Of a stretch of DNA of 64,000 nt, positions 31,064-41,134 are shown in pieces. The notes beneath the pieces are model-generated. The model ran no database searches and was not told the origin of the DNA. It saw nothing but the letters and a program-made list of their open reading frames with translations. Each line of letters starts with the position of its first letter. Within the stretch, counting starts at the first letter, position 1. A program made the position numbers and the translations under genes. Source of the stretch: Ostreococcus lucimarinus (taxonomy: Eukaryota); NCBI GenBank assembly GCA_000092065.1, contig CP000585.1, one strand, 5' to 3'.

Positions 31064-32017
31064 TCATGTGCGCTCGAAAAGCTTGACTTTAATTTGCGTG
31101 ATGCGTAGACCCAACGAAACATCCTCGTTTACGTCGACGAGCTTCGGCGCGTCGGATAAATTTCCAGTCGTTTGAAATTTCTTCAAGCCGTCTCGAATGC
31201 GCTTCAAAACGCTTTCATCTGCGTCGGCTGCGTCCAAACAAGCCGTCAGCTCATCCATGCTCAGCGCGTCTAGCTTGTAACCGACGCCGCGCACCGCGTC
31301 TGATTCGGCGCTTCCGCGCCTTTCTTCGTGCGTTTCATCGTCACCGGCACCGTCGCGCGCGCGCGAATCGCTCGGAATCAATATCCAATCTTCTGCAACA
31401 ATTCTTTTCTGCGTCTCGATCAGTTTTTCAATCTCTTCCTCGACCGTTCGTGGCGTCGTTTGCGCCCTCGATTCTTCCCCGTTTCCCGCGTTTCCCGCGA
31501 GCGCCTCCCGCGCGCTCCCGCACGCTCGCGCGAACAACTCTCGCACGTGCGCCCTGAGTTGTCGTCGCGTCATCTCGGCCAATTTCTCCGGTACGTGTAT
31601 ATCTTTCGTTTTGAACGCCATCTCGAACCCTCTCTTCTTCATCGCCATCTCCAGCGCCCGCGGATCGGCGCTCGCGTACGCGCCTCGTCCCTCGCGTTCG
31701 CCCCGCGCGTCCGGCGCCACCCATCGTCGCTTCTCCCCGTCCATCGCCAGCACGTATCTCACCAGCAGCGCTCGCGGAAAGTGTGCGTTCACCCCCACGC
31801 ACCGTCTTCGAGGCATCAGCGCCAGCCTCGCCCCGTGCGTCGTCCCGTCGAGCGCCCACGCGTCGTCGCATCGCCGCAGCGCCCGCTTCAATCGCTCGCC
31901 CGTCGCGTCGTCGTCGTCCCGCGTCGCCGTCGCCGTCGCCGTCGACGTCGTCGCGACGGCGCGTCGCGCGACCTCACCGCCGCGCGTCGCGCGCGCGATC
32001 CCTCGCGCGCGCGACAT
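31064..32017 (-). CDS. Hypothetical protein (unrecognised; start uncertain)
   Basis: Long ORF with plausible composition in its C-terminal two thirds (...ALEMAMKKRGFEMAFKTKDIHVPEKLAEMTRRQLRAHVRELF...YKLDALSMDELTACLDAADADESVLKRIRDGLKK...). Listed start 32083 is TTG; first ATG at 32017. I recognise no family. Confidence 0.4.
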   Translation of the reverse strand: MSRARGIARATRGGEVARRAVATTSTATATATRDDDDATGERLKRALRRCDDAWALDGTTHGARLALMPRRRCVGVNAHFPRALLVRYVLAMDGEKRRWVAPDARGEREGRGAYASADPRALEMAMKKRGFEMAFKTKDIHVPEKLAEMTRRQLRAHVRELFARACGSAREALAGNAGNGEESRAQTTPRTVEEEIEKLIETQKRIVAEDWILIPSDSRARDGAGDDETHEERRGSAESDAVRGVGYKLDALSMDELTACLDAADADESVLKRIRDGLKKFQTTGNLSDAPKLVDVNEDVSLGLRITQIKVKLFERT

Positions 32018-32426
32018 CGCGCGCGTCGCGACGTGCCGCGCATCCGTCGTCGCCCGAACAACCGACCGCTCGAGCGCCCACAACCCTAATTCTAACGAAC
32101 GGGCGATCGATCGGGCGATCGATCGGGCGAAAACACGAACGGCGCGGGAAACGGAATGCCGCGGTGGCGTCGACGGCGAAGCGCGACGCGAGCGACGACG
32201 CGCGACGCGAGCGAGACGACGGGTCGACGGCGCGCGAACGCGCGCGTGGAGAACGCGCGTGCGATGCGCGCGCGGACGACGCGCGTCGCGTCGACGCGCG
32301 CGAGAAGAGGACGGGAAGGAATTGCATCGTTTTGAGACGACGCGCGATATGGATGCGCGCGCGCGACGCGCGGACGGGGGAAACGGACGCGCGAGGGAGA
32401 CGAGACGGGAAAAAAGTGTGACGACG

Positions 32427-35400
32427 ATGCGATGGAGGACGAGCGGAAGGTTATGGACGGCGGTGGTGTGGACGCTGGCGACGATTGCGCGAGGGAGGAC
32501 GGCGACGGCGCAGTATCAGACGACGGCGACGACGCTGACGTTGGAGCACGTGTGGCCGGATACTGGAGCGGTGTACGCGTCGACGGTGGTGTCGTTGTAT
32601 GGGAGTGGATACGCGAACGCGTTGCCGCCGATGGGGTGTCGGTTCGGGGAGATTGTCGCGAATAAGGACTCGGCCGCGAGCACGACTTCGAAAGTCGTGT
32701 GCGCGACGCCGACCAACGTCTTCGCGGGTTTCGTCGCCGTTGGGTTGGCGCAGGCGACGGGAAAGAGATACGTTCCCGGGTCAGATGATTTAGTCGTGGA
32801 CAACGGGCAGCATTCTTTCGAATTCGTCGTGCCTTGGAAACTATCCAAAGTGAATCCAGAGTACGCGTACAAGAGCGGCGGCGAAGTTCTGCGACTTTCA
32901 GGGACACATTTTCGTCCAGGAATGCTGTGCACGTTCAAAGACTCTTCGCTGACATCCGAGTACAGATTCATTTCTTCTGCGTTAGCCATGTGTGAGACCC
33001 GTGCGTCGAGCGAAGCGGAAGGAACGGTGGATTTGAATCTCACTCCAACTCACGCCGTCGGAGGCGGCGGCGCGAGCGTCGAGTACCAAACCGCGCCCAT
33101 CATAGATGGGCCTTTAGTGTCCACCACCGCAGTTGGTGGTGACGTAGTGATACAAGCATCAAGTAGTACTCCGCTGAGCGGCGCCATAGCATCGTTCACG
33201 GCGAGTCCGATTCGTATCGGATGCTGGTTTGACGGCATTTGGGTGGCGGCGACTCTGCGCAGCGAAAGAGAGTTGGTGTGCAAAGCGCCTTTGCAGTCAT
33301 TCGGCACTCCATCGCTGAGTGTCGTGGATATGTATGCTCAAAGAATGTTTCCGACGAATGCAACTCAGACTGGTTGGTTCACCTCATTCACCGTGAGCAA
33401 AGACGAAGTTGTCGACGTCGTGTTGCCTTCGGTTGGCAATGCGATGCGAAATACGGTGGCCGATTCTTCGACTCTGGTCGACTTTTTCGGCCGCAACCTT
33501 ATTGCTGGCTCGGGTTCTGTTGGTGCACGCATTTGCCAAGCCTTGAACCCGGTTACATCTCCCGTTTTAGTGACGAATCAGGTCCAAAGCAAATGTGATT
33601 TTCCGGCGACACCATCCGAGACAGCGGCGCTGTCCACGCTCAGATACGGCTTTCACGCTGTGAGTGCAGGAGCCGGTGCAAGTGCCTCAGCGCAATTTCT
33701 GATTGTCTCGCCACCACAAATTACGTCGGTGGTACCGGGATTTCTTCGTGCGGGTACTGTCGCGACATTTTCGGGACAAAATCTCATGGACCCGTTTCGG
33801 CAAACATGGTGTGGGCACGACGGTATAGCTCTCGTCGCGCACGCGGTGTCGAGCGCGCTCATCCGATGCTCAGTCCCGTACCATCATCAGCTGCCTTCGG
33901 GTTCCTCTAGTTCTGCGCACGATCTAACCATAGACGTGCTTTCTGATTTATCGTCGCCGGGGGCCGGAGGAACCACCATGGGCTGGCTACCAGTAGCGAA
34001 TGATTTAGAGAGCATCACGCCAAACGTCGGAGCGACGAGCGGTGGCACTCGAACGGTGCTGAAACTCACGGGTGGAACTATCCCAACTTCATCTTATTAC
34101 ACACCCACGTGCAGATTTGGCACGATAGTAACGTCGGCGATACACGTCCCTGGAGGTGGAGTTGCGTGTAGCTCTCCTGCATACGCCGCGCGTAACGTGA
34201 CGGTGGGCATTGACGTCGAGTCGACGATAGAATTTCAGTACGTCGCACAGATTGGTGTGAGTGCCATAGTACCAGGAGCTCTTCCACAGAATGGGGGCTC
34301 GATATCTGTGTACTTGGATGCGGCACTTTCGTCTTCGTATTCAGCTGACTGCGTTTTCGTCACCAGCGGCGGGGATAAATTAAAGTCTTCTCTCGCCGAT
34401 TCCTCGGGAACGCTCAAGTGCGCCTCGCCGCAGACTGGTATTGGCTTTGCAACGATGGCGATCGTCGTATCTGCGGCTAGCACGAACAACACTGCGTTTA
34501 TAGACGAAGCAGCTGGGCAGTACTTCGACCTTGAAGTTCAAACCAGAACGCCTGGGGTGGAAGTTTTCCTCCCAACGGGCGCGAATTGGGTACAGGCGGA
34601 GGAAGTCATACACGCTGTGACGTCTGATGGATCTCTTCTCGGCGACAATTCGGGAGACGACGATTTCTGGTGTGTGTTCGGAAAAGCTGGAATATATGGA
34701 GGGTCAATATATTTGAGTGCGGCGAGTAGAGTATCGGGAACTATCCTGAAGTGCACCGTACCAGACCTCGATACGCTAATAGTTTCTGGGCAGAGTGGAT
34801 TTGAGATTGTCATCGGTATTTGTTCTTCGACTGAAGTTTCGGCGAGCAGTTGCACCAGTTACGCGGGAACACGCGTGAGATACGAGAAAAAGCTGGGAGT
34901 TTCTTCAGTACTTCCAGTGAACGGTACGCAAGCAGGAGGCGATGTTGCAGTTCTCGTTGACTCTGCATCCGTGAAAGGTTTCGGCGCAAACGTGCCAAGC
35001 TGCAGATTTGGCACAATCTATCCCGTTGCGGGAACTTCGGTAACTGGAACGGGCGAGATAAATTGCGTGACACCGGCGCATGCTGCGGGTGTCGTTCCTG
35101 TGAGTGTTCCTCCGCTCGATTTGGGGTTGACGGCTTTGACATTTGAGTATATTTCCGTGTCCACTTCGCAATCGGTCTTGTCCACGACGTACGGCGCCGA
35201 TCCGTACGTCGTTGCATACCTGATTGAACCGACACCAATGATCACAGAGGTCGTGCCTTGGGTTGGTTGGAGTGGAAGTGTTGTCACCTTGCTAGGCACA
35301 AACTTTCCAACTGGATCCGCCGTCAAGTGCAGATTCGGATCTGTCTCCGTCGATGCTCAGGTTGTTTCTACGGCTGTGATACAGTGCGGCGATACTTCGC

Positions 35401-35828
35401 CGATTACCTCTGACGACGTCGAAGAGCAGCGCGTCGCTGTCACGACGAGTTCGGGCGATTCAAATCCGAATGTGACGACGTTAGCACACTATGTCATTAC
35501 TCAAGGAGATATCAGCGCCATTGATGCCGCTGACGGTTGGCAACAGGGTGGAAACGTAGTCGGCGTCACCGTTGCCAAGTGGGTCCCTGAAGGCTACACA
35601 TCCTGTCGCTTTGGCACGATAACCGTTCAGAGTAGAGGCGGAGACGGCTTCGGTGCGATTGGCAAGGCGTCGGTATCGCAGTCATCGCAGTGGTGGTCAG
35701 ATTCGACTGATGGCAAGAAAATAGAGTGCGTATCTCCAGCAGGAGCGCAAGGAAACGTAAATTTGGGAGTATCCATCCTCGGAAGCACTGCATCGTCTTT
35801 CATTGGTACTACGTTTACCTACATTTAG
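32427..35828 (+). CDS. Second large secreted IPT/TIG-domain repeat protein (signal peptide; 1133 aa), paralogous in type to the 1672..6702 gene
   Basis: MRWRTSGRLWTAVVWTLATIARG signal peptide at 32427 (frame arithmetic). Repeated TIG-like units with C[RS]FG[TE]I motifs (CRFGEIVANK, CRFGTIVTSA, CRFGTIYPVAG, CRFGSVSVD, CRFGTITVQS). The listed ORF start at 31611 lies inside the neighbouring minus-strand gene and is an artefact. Confidence 0.8.
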   Translation: MRWRTSGRLWTAVVWTLATIARGRTATAQYQTTATTLTLEHVWPDTGAVYASTVVSLYGSGYANALPPMGCRFGEIVANKDSAASTTSKVVCATPTNVFAGFVAVGLAQATGKRYVPGSDDLVVDNGQHSFEFVVPWKLSKVNPEYAYKSGGEVLRLSGTHFRPGMLCTFKDSSLTSEYRFISSALAMCETRASSEAEGTVDLNLTPTHAVGGGGASVEYQTAPIIDGPLVSTTAVGGDVVIQASSSTPLSGAIASFTASPIRIGCWFDGIWVAATLRSERELVCKAPLQSFGTPSLSVVDMYAQRMFPTNATQTGWFTSFTVSKDEVVDVVLPSVGNAMRNTVADSSTLVDFFGRNLIAGSGSVGARICQALNPVTSPVLVTNQVQSKCDFPATPSETAALSTLRYGFHAVSAGAGASASAQFLIVSPPQITSVVPGFLRAGTVATFSGQNLMDPFRQTWCGHDGIALVAHAVSSALIRCSVPYHHQLPSGSSSSAHDLTIDVLSDLSSPGAGGTTMGWLPVANDLESITPNVGATSGGTRTVLKLTGGTIPTSSYYTPTCRFGTIVTSAIHVPGGGVACSSPAYAARNVTVGIDVESTIEFQYVAQIGVSAIVPGALPQNGGSISVYLDAALSSSYSADCVFVTSGGDKLKSSLADSSGTLKCASPQTGIGFATMAIVVSAASTNNTAFIDEAAGQYFDLEVQTRTPGVEVFLPTGANWVQAEEVIHAVTSDGSLLGDNSGDDDFWCVFGKAGIYGGSIYLSAASRVSGTILKCTVPDLDTLIVSGQSGFEIVIGICSSTEVSASSCTSYAGTRVRYEKKLGVSSVLPVNGTQAGGDVAVLVDSASVKGFGANVPSCRFGTIYPVAGTSVTGTGEINCVTPAHAAGVVPVSVPPLDLGLTALTFEYISVSTSQSVLSTTYGADPYVVAYLIEPTPMITEVVPWVGWSGSVVTLLGTNFPTGSAVKCRFGSVSVDAQVVSTAVIQCGDTSPITSDDVEEQRVAVTTSSGDSNPNVTTLAHYVITQGDISAIDAADGWQQGGNVVGVTVAKWVPEGYTSCRFGTITVQSRGGDGFGAIGKASVSQSSQWWSDSTDGKKIECVSPAGAQGNVNLGVSILGSTASSFIGTTFTYI

Positions 35829-35859
35829 GACTAAAAGCTAGATTTGTAGAAAAGATCAA

Positions 35860-38379
35860 TCAATATCTTGAGTAAAATTCGTTCGAGTCACCGAAAGGCG
35901 CACGTGCATACGTTGGCGACTCGTTGCAAGGCCGCGACGATTTGTACTGCGCTCGCACTCGCGCGTTTTCCCACTTAATGACGGCGTTGTCATTGTTCAG
36001 GATGTTGTATGCTTCGCTGATCAAGTTGAAGAGCTTACTGGAGACAACAACACGAGCCTTTGCAAGTGTTGCGGATGCACATCCACGTGATGCTTTGTCC
36101 GGATGATGATTCAGTGCGAGCTGCCTGTATTTCTTCTTTAACACGTCTTTCGACGGCTTTGGACCTACGCCGAGCAGTTTGCGCCAATTTACGGGCGTCT
36201 CGGCGTTCACTCGCCCAGTGATCGTCATCAAGTACGACTCAACTTTCACACGCTCATCCTCTGATAATCCCATGATGAGAAGTGCCTCGTAAGTTTGTTG
36301 GGCGTCGGAAACCATGTCGAGTTCAGTGTAGATTGCAGCAAGTCGTGCGTGCGCTTTGGCATACTTTGGTGCAAGTGCACACGCCGCACCTGCTGAAGCC
36401 AATGCATCGACATAGCGTTCCGTGGCTTGTTCGCATGCGCAAATGTTTGATAAAAACAGCGCTTGGAGCGTGTCTGAATTTTTACACAGACCCAACGCCT
36501 CGGTGTATAGTGAAATTGCCTTGTCGTAATTCGCGTCGCCAAACGCTTCTTTTCCTCGCTCTTTCAATTCATTTATTTGACACACCTGCTCTAGAATCTG
36601 AAGCAGTGATGCCGGATTTGGTATCTGCTTCAGTACTTCATCAGGCGTCAACACTTCTTCGAAGGTCACGCAATGAGAAGCATCGCGTCCAGCATACAGG
36701 TCAAGCGCGGGAATCAATGGTTTCAAACTATCTAAACAATCGGATACATTCGCCAACTCAAAGGCGATTCTCGCCCGTACGCACAGCCCGCGAACATCTT
36801 GAATTGGAGCGTCTTTGACGAGTATCGCGGCGGCGGCAATTTCTCCGATAAATCGCAAACCTTCAGCTCTGAAAGTTTTAATCATGGTCGAATGCGGCGC
36901 GAAGACTTTAGCTTCGTCGAGGACTCGCAAGACGCTGTGTGCGTCGACACTTTCGTCGCCGTTGTCTTCAATCTGCCACAGTTGCTCTGCGCTATCGTTG
37001 ACGAGCTCTTGCGTGCGATCCACGTCATCTATCACTTGCTGCGCATCAACTTGTTGCTCCGCAGTGGACACGCCGTTACTAAGAATATCGGACGCCTCTT
37101 GACGCGCCTCGTCGAATTGACCGAGCTGTAACAAACATCTCGCCAGACGAACTTGAGCTTTGAGGTGCGCTTTGTCGATCTTCAACGCCGCACAACAGTC
37201 TTCAGCGGCCTGAAGAGGGTTACCCAGCATCATCAAAGCCGCTACTCTATTCGATAACAAGCCAACCTTGACCTTTGCAACGTCTGAAAGATACATCGAG
37301 TCCAAGGAATCCAACGCCGAAGAGTACAATCGCGCCGCGGTGTGGAAATCGTCGTCTCGAAACGCTTCGTTACCAGCCACTTTGTCTCGCTCAACGAAGG
37401 CGCGAATGAGTGTAGATTTTTGCGACAACGCGTCTTTCAAATCTGCTGAGTCTGCTGCCGGAGATAACGATATGAACTCTATGTAGCGCTCCGCTCGCTC
37501 TAACTCCTCAAGGTTCAAACAACATTTCGCAGCGCGCGAAAGCGCTCGAATGTGATTGGAGTCAACTTTCAGCACGAGCTCGCATTCTGAAAGCGATTCA
37601 CGAACGTGACCGAGCGCAAATAGAGCCGTCGCGCGATTAATTCGTAACCAAAGATGAGATGGGTCGACCAACGTTATCCCGCTCACTTCGAGCTCTGCGA
37701 TGGCGTGAGAATACAACTGTTCTGCCTCGCCGATGTCGCCGCGTTTGAACGCGGCGTCTGCGCGTTGGCGGCACTCGTCCGCACGCTTGATCGCAGCCGC
37801 CTGCATCGACGCCATTTGTAACGCTTTTGCTTCTTCTTCCCTTCGCTCGAGCTCTTCGTACACCAGCTCTTGCTGCTCTTCAAACTCTTTCTGGGCGTCT
37901 TCGAATTCAACTTTATACATTTCGTGAATCGCTCGCGCTTCCTCCAGCGCGCGTCTCGCCAACTCAACCTTCTCAAAGCTGTTCGCTAATTTCAGCTCTA
38001 AATCCACCTTCCGCAGCTCCGCTCGACGTAGCCGCACCTCCATGTCCGCGTCGACTCGCACGCGCGCGTACTCGCTCGTGCCGCTCGTCGCGTCGCTCGT
38101 CCGGTCAACGCCGTCGACGCCGCGCACGGCGACGGAGACCACCGCGCTCGCGCTCGCGTTCGCGCTCGCGCTCGCGCTCGCGCGCGGCGTCATCGCCTCG
38201 TCCTCTTCCTCGCTCGTCTCGCTCTCTTCGAGCGACGCGCGTTCCCCCCCCCCGCCTTCCGTCGCCGCCTCGTCCACGCGCCATCGCGACAGCTCGCGCT
38301 GCAGCGCGCGCAGCGATTCCCCGCGCGTCCTCGCCGCGTCCACGGCGTCGTCCGCGTCGTCCGCGCGCGCGGGCGTCAT
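35860..38379 (-). CDS. TPR-repeat plus C-terminal J-domain co-chaperone (DNAJC7/TPR2-like)
   Basis: Several TPR units (...ALGHVRESLSECELVLKVDSNHIRAL..., ...GNEAFRDDDFHTAARLYSSAL..., ...KEAFGDANYDKAISLYTEAL...). C-terminal J domain NWRKLLGVGPKPSKDVLKKKYRQLALNHHPDK with HPD. Listed start 38475 is GTG; ATG (MTPARADD) at 38379. Confidence 0.8.
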   Translation of the reverse strand: MTPARADDADDAVDAARTRGESLRALQRELSRWRVDEAATEGGGGERASLEESETSEEEDEAMTPRASASASANASASAVVSVAVRGVDGVDRTSDATSGTSEYARVRVDADMEVRLRRAELRKVDLELKLANSFEKVELARRALEEARAIHEMYKVEFEDAQKEFEEQQELVYEELERREEEAKALQMASMQAAAIKRADECRQRADAAFKRGDIGEAEQLYSHAIAELEVSGITLVDPSHLWLRINRATALFALGHVRESLSECELVLKVDSNHIRALSRAAKCCLNLEELERAERYIEFISLSPAADSADLKDALSQKSTLIRAFVERDKVAGNEAFRDDDFHTAARLYSSALDSLDSMYLSDVAKVKVGLLSNRVAALMMLGNPLQAAEDCCAALKIDKAHLKAQVRLARCLLQLGQFDEARQEASDILSNGVSTAEQQVDAQQVIDDVDRTQELVNDSAEQLWQIEDNGDESVDAHSVLRVLDEAKVFAPHSTMIKTFRAEGLRFIGEIAAAAILVKDAPIQDVRGLCVRARIAFELANVSDCLDSLKPLIPALDLYAGRDASHCVTFEEVLTPDEVLKQIPNPASLLQILEQVCQINELKERGKEAFGDANYDKAISLYTEALGLCKNSDTLQALFLSNICACEQATERYVDALASAGAACALAPKYAKAHARLAAIYTELDMVSDAQQTYEALLIMGLSEDERVKVESYLMTITGRVNAETPVNWRKLLGVGPKPSKDVLKKKYRQLALNHHPDKASRGCASATLAKARVVVSSKLFNLISEAYNILNNDNAVIKWENARVRAQYKSSRPCNESPTYARAPFGDSNEFYSRY

Positions 38380-38486
38380 CGCGAACGATCGCGATCGCGA
38401 TCGTTCGCGATGCGCGCGCGTCGCCGTGTGCGACGCGACGCCGCCGACGTCGAATCGGTCGAAATCGACATCCACGAAATCAAATC

Positions 38487-38557
38487 AAACCGAACCGAAC
38501 CGAACCGAACCGAACCGAACCGAACCGAACCGAACCGAACCGAACCGAACCGAACCA
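38487..38557. repeat. (AACCG)n pentanucleotide microsatellite, ~14 units, in the DnaJ/BCCIP bidirectional promoter
   Basis: aaaccgaaccgaaccg...cgaacc seen directly. Coordinates +/- 3 nt. Confidence 0.85.
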
Positions 38558-38736
38558 CCGCTCGACCGGATGCGCGCCGGCGGCGGTGTCGCGCGGCGAG
38601 CGCGCGCGACGGAGGGCAGTTCGAGACGCCGAAGCGCGTGAAACGCGCGAACGGGCGAAGCGAACGACGAACGAATCTTCGCGCGCGCGACCGACCCGAC
38701 GACGACGCGCGACGAACGACGCCGACGAACGACCCC

Positions 38737-39730
38737 ATGGCGCCGGGAAAACGAACCACGACGAAGAGGAAGGACGACGGGAAATCGACCGAGGCGGTGC
38801 GGGACGACGACGAGTACGAACACGCGGCGTCGGACGACGATGAAGACGAAGATGAGGAGGATTTGGACGGGGACGATGGGGACGAGGACGTGTTAATGGT
38901 GCGATGGTGAACGACGCGAAGACGCGCGCGAAGGCGACGAAGGCGCGGCGCGTAAAGCTGACGACGACTGCGATTCTTGCATCGATAAACAGGTTGATTT
39001 TGATTTTTGTGACGTTCAAGAGGGTGATTTTCATGGCTTAAAGGCGCTTTTGAGTGGATATTGCGATGGGAACGAATACGCGTGCTCGGACTTGTGCGAC
39101 TTGCTCATTAAACAAAAAGCCGTCGGCACCGTGGTGAAGACGGAGGCAGACTCGGAGAACGTGCTCGGCGTGACTTCGGTGGTGAGCTTGGCGCGACACA
39201 AGGATGAGAAGTGCGTGAAGGATATTAAAAAGTTTCTGCTGGGCAAGGTTCCGGGTAAGAGTAAGAAGGACTTTGAAAAGGTGCTCAACGACGCCGCGAC
39301 GGGTTTGCTCATCAACGAACGCATCATCAACGTCCCACAAGATGCCGGAGAGCCACTCATCGACGGTGTGTTCGACGAAATACGTTGGGCGACAAAAGAT
39401 GAAACCACTGAAGAGGCGCGGAAGTCGTACGAATTCAAACACTACATTTTAGTGAGTACTTTATTCGAGGAAGACGGCGAAGAAGAGGCCGAACCGGCGG
39501 CGGGCAAGAAGCGAAAAAAGGGACAACCGACCAGGCAAAAAATCTTCCCGCGACTGGAAGAGGAAATCTTGCTCGAGCACTCGACGAATTCTTTCTTTTG
39601 GCGGGGTAAGCAGAACGAAGAAAACGACATCGCTGATTTCCTTCCACACCGTTGCTGCATGGTCGTCGAGGCCAGGGTGATCGACGCTTTCCGCAAAGAC
39701 GTGAAAGATTTGTTCCAAGACTTCAAATGA
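38737..39730 (+). CDS. BCCIP: BCCIP/Bcp1 (BRCA2- and CDKN1A-interacting protein) homolog, two exons: join(38737..38898,38993..39730), 299 aa
   Basis: Exon 1 is an acidic N-terminus ending ...DEDVLM. After the intron the frame continues VDFDFCDVQEGDFHGLKALLSGYCDG...DLLIKQKAVGTVVKTEADSE...LLINERIINVPQD...KHYILVSTLFEE, matching conserved BCCIP blocks. Boundaries checked by frame arithmetic. Confidence 0.8.
38899..38992 (+). other. Spliceosomal intron (94 nt, GT-AG, phase 0) in BCCIP
   Basis: gtgcgatggtgaacgacg...aagctgacgacgactgcgattcttgcatcgataaacag, with CTGAC ~32 nt before the AG. Same GTGCGA donor as the GOSR2 intron. Confidence 0.75.
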
Positions 39731-39787
39731 ATGTGATGTATAATGACAAGTTCCTAGCATACGTATCGGCGTTGTTCTTCTATTTCG

Positions 39788-40867
39788 CTATCCCAATCCG
39801 AACGATTTCTTCGTTCTCTCCTCTACGCGCGCCCGCGCAGCTTCTCGGCGCTTCAACGCCTCCGCCTCCGCTTTGTCAACCTTCTTACTAATCGACGAAG
39901 CTGGACGCTTACGAGTCGCATCGGCGCCCAAACTAGCGGTGACATACCCACCTACTAGTTTAGCTTCAAAATTGCGACCCCCAGACGCTGCAATTGCCCT
40001 CGACGCCGCGGTTTGCGTCTTCGCCTTCGCCGCCTCAAAGTTTGGATGGTTTGCTCCAAAACCCAAATTAAATATACTCGTTGTCGTTGTTGGCTTCGTA
40101 GACGCTGCAGCTTTGCCCACCACTGTTGATGGTTTTGAACTCGTCGTCGTTTGATTGAACGCCTTCGCCGCCGCTATGGCTTGCTTCGCAGTCGGCATTT
40201 GCTGCCCGTGAGTTGCCGCCTGAGGAGTTGCCGCAGTCGGCACAACTTTACCTGTCGCGTAAGGTCCAAGAGCGTACTGTTCCGTCGATTTGGCCGGAGT
40301 AGTAGTTGTAGAGGGAGGTGGGGGCGCGCCTTCGGGCGCGGTTTTTGACCACACCTTCGTTCCGTTGTTGAAGTACATCTTCGTCTTTGGGTCGAAGTAA
40401 CACGACGACTTTGCGTGCCAGTAATACTTCGATCTTTCATCAAACTTCCAAGCCCCCAGGACTTGCGTGGCGCGATATTCTGCTTCTTCGCGCGCATGAA
40501 GCTCGCGCTCAATTGCAGTCTCTAGCTCTCTCTTTGCGTTCGCCTCTTGCTCCCTTGCACGCGCTGCTGGGGTGAGCGAATTGGGCATCAACGCCGCCGC
40601 TTCTGATAGTCTACCAGCCGCTGCAAGATCCGCTGCGTACGCCTCCGCCGCCTTTGCCTCGATCTCTGCCATCTCTTTTTGCAATTTATCTGATTCCTTC
40701 TTCTCATTCGCTTCTTTGTGCCTGATATCCTTCAACTTTCTTTCGACGTTCTTCTTGTGCTTTTCGCTCCGTTCGTGCATGCGCTTGGCGTTCCCGTGCG
40801 GCTGTACGAAACATTTGCACAGCGCGCACCAATCCGAGCGAGACGATGAAAAGTATTCACTCGCCAT
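39788..40867 (-). CDS. WBP4: WW domain-binding protein 4 (WBP4/FBP21)-like: U1-type (matrin) C2H2 zinc finger + WW domain + Pro/Thr-rich tail
   Basis: MASEYFSSSRSDWCALCKCFVQPHGNAKRMHERSEKHKKNV parallels the WBP4 N-terminal U1 zinc finger. A WW-like segment AWKFDERSKYYWHAKSSCYFDP follows. Confidence 0.8.
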   Translation of the reverse strand: MASEYFSSSRSDWCALCKCFVQPHGNAKRMHERSEKHKKNVERKLKDIRHKEANEKKESDKLQKEMAEIEAKAAEAYAADLAAAGRLSEAAALMPNSLTPAARAREQEANAKRELETAIERELHAREEAEYRATQVLGAWKFDERSKYYWHAKSSCYFDPKTKMYFNNGTKVWSKTAPEGAPPPPSTTTTPAKSTEQYALGPYATGKVVPTAATPQAATHGQQMPTAKQAIAAAKAFNQTTTSSKPSTVVGKAAASTKPTTTTSIFNLGFGANHPNFEAAKAKTQTAASRAIAASGGRNFEAKLVGGYVTASLGADATRKRPASSISKKVDKAEAEALKRREAARARVEERTKKSFGLG

Positions 40868-41134
40868 GGCGACGAATCAATCTTCTTGAGCGCCCCAGCG
40901 GGCAGTGGAACCGTGCGGCGCGCGCACGACTGAGGTACTGTACAAATCGGACCACGGCTCGCCCCAGAGACGCACTCCCGGCGTGGGCGAGCGCACCCAG
41001 TGCAAAAACGCGAACTTTGATTCGTGGGGGTCGAACGATCCGTCGGATCGCTCAGGCGTTAAATCAAACCTCTTTACAGCCATATTTGCGCTCAGACGCG
41101 AGTGTTGAGTCGACGCGCGCGAGAAGTCGCCGTC

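Noticed and set aside
38487-38557. Regular short repeats ((AACCG)n, (CGT)n, (GCGAAC)n) considered as possible CRISPR-like arrays
   Set aside because: They are simple microsatellites with no spacers. The locus is eukaryotic nuclear DNA with spliceosomal introns and histone H3.
12474-38992. Introns as Micromonas-style repetitive introner elements
   Set aside because: The four introns share only the splice-site and branch-point consensus, with no extended sequence similarity and different lengths.
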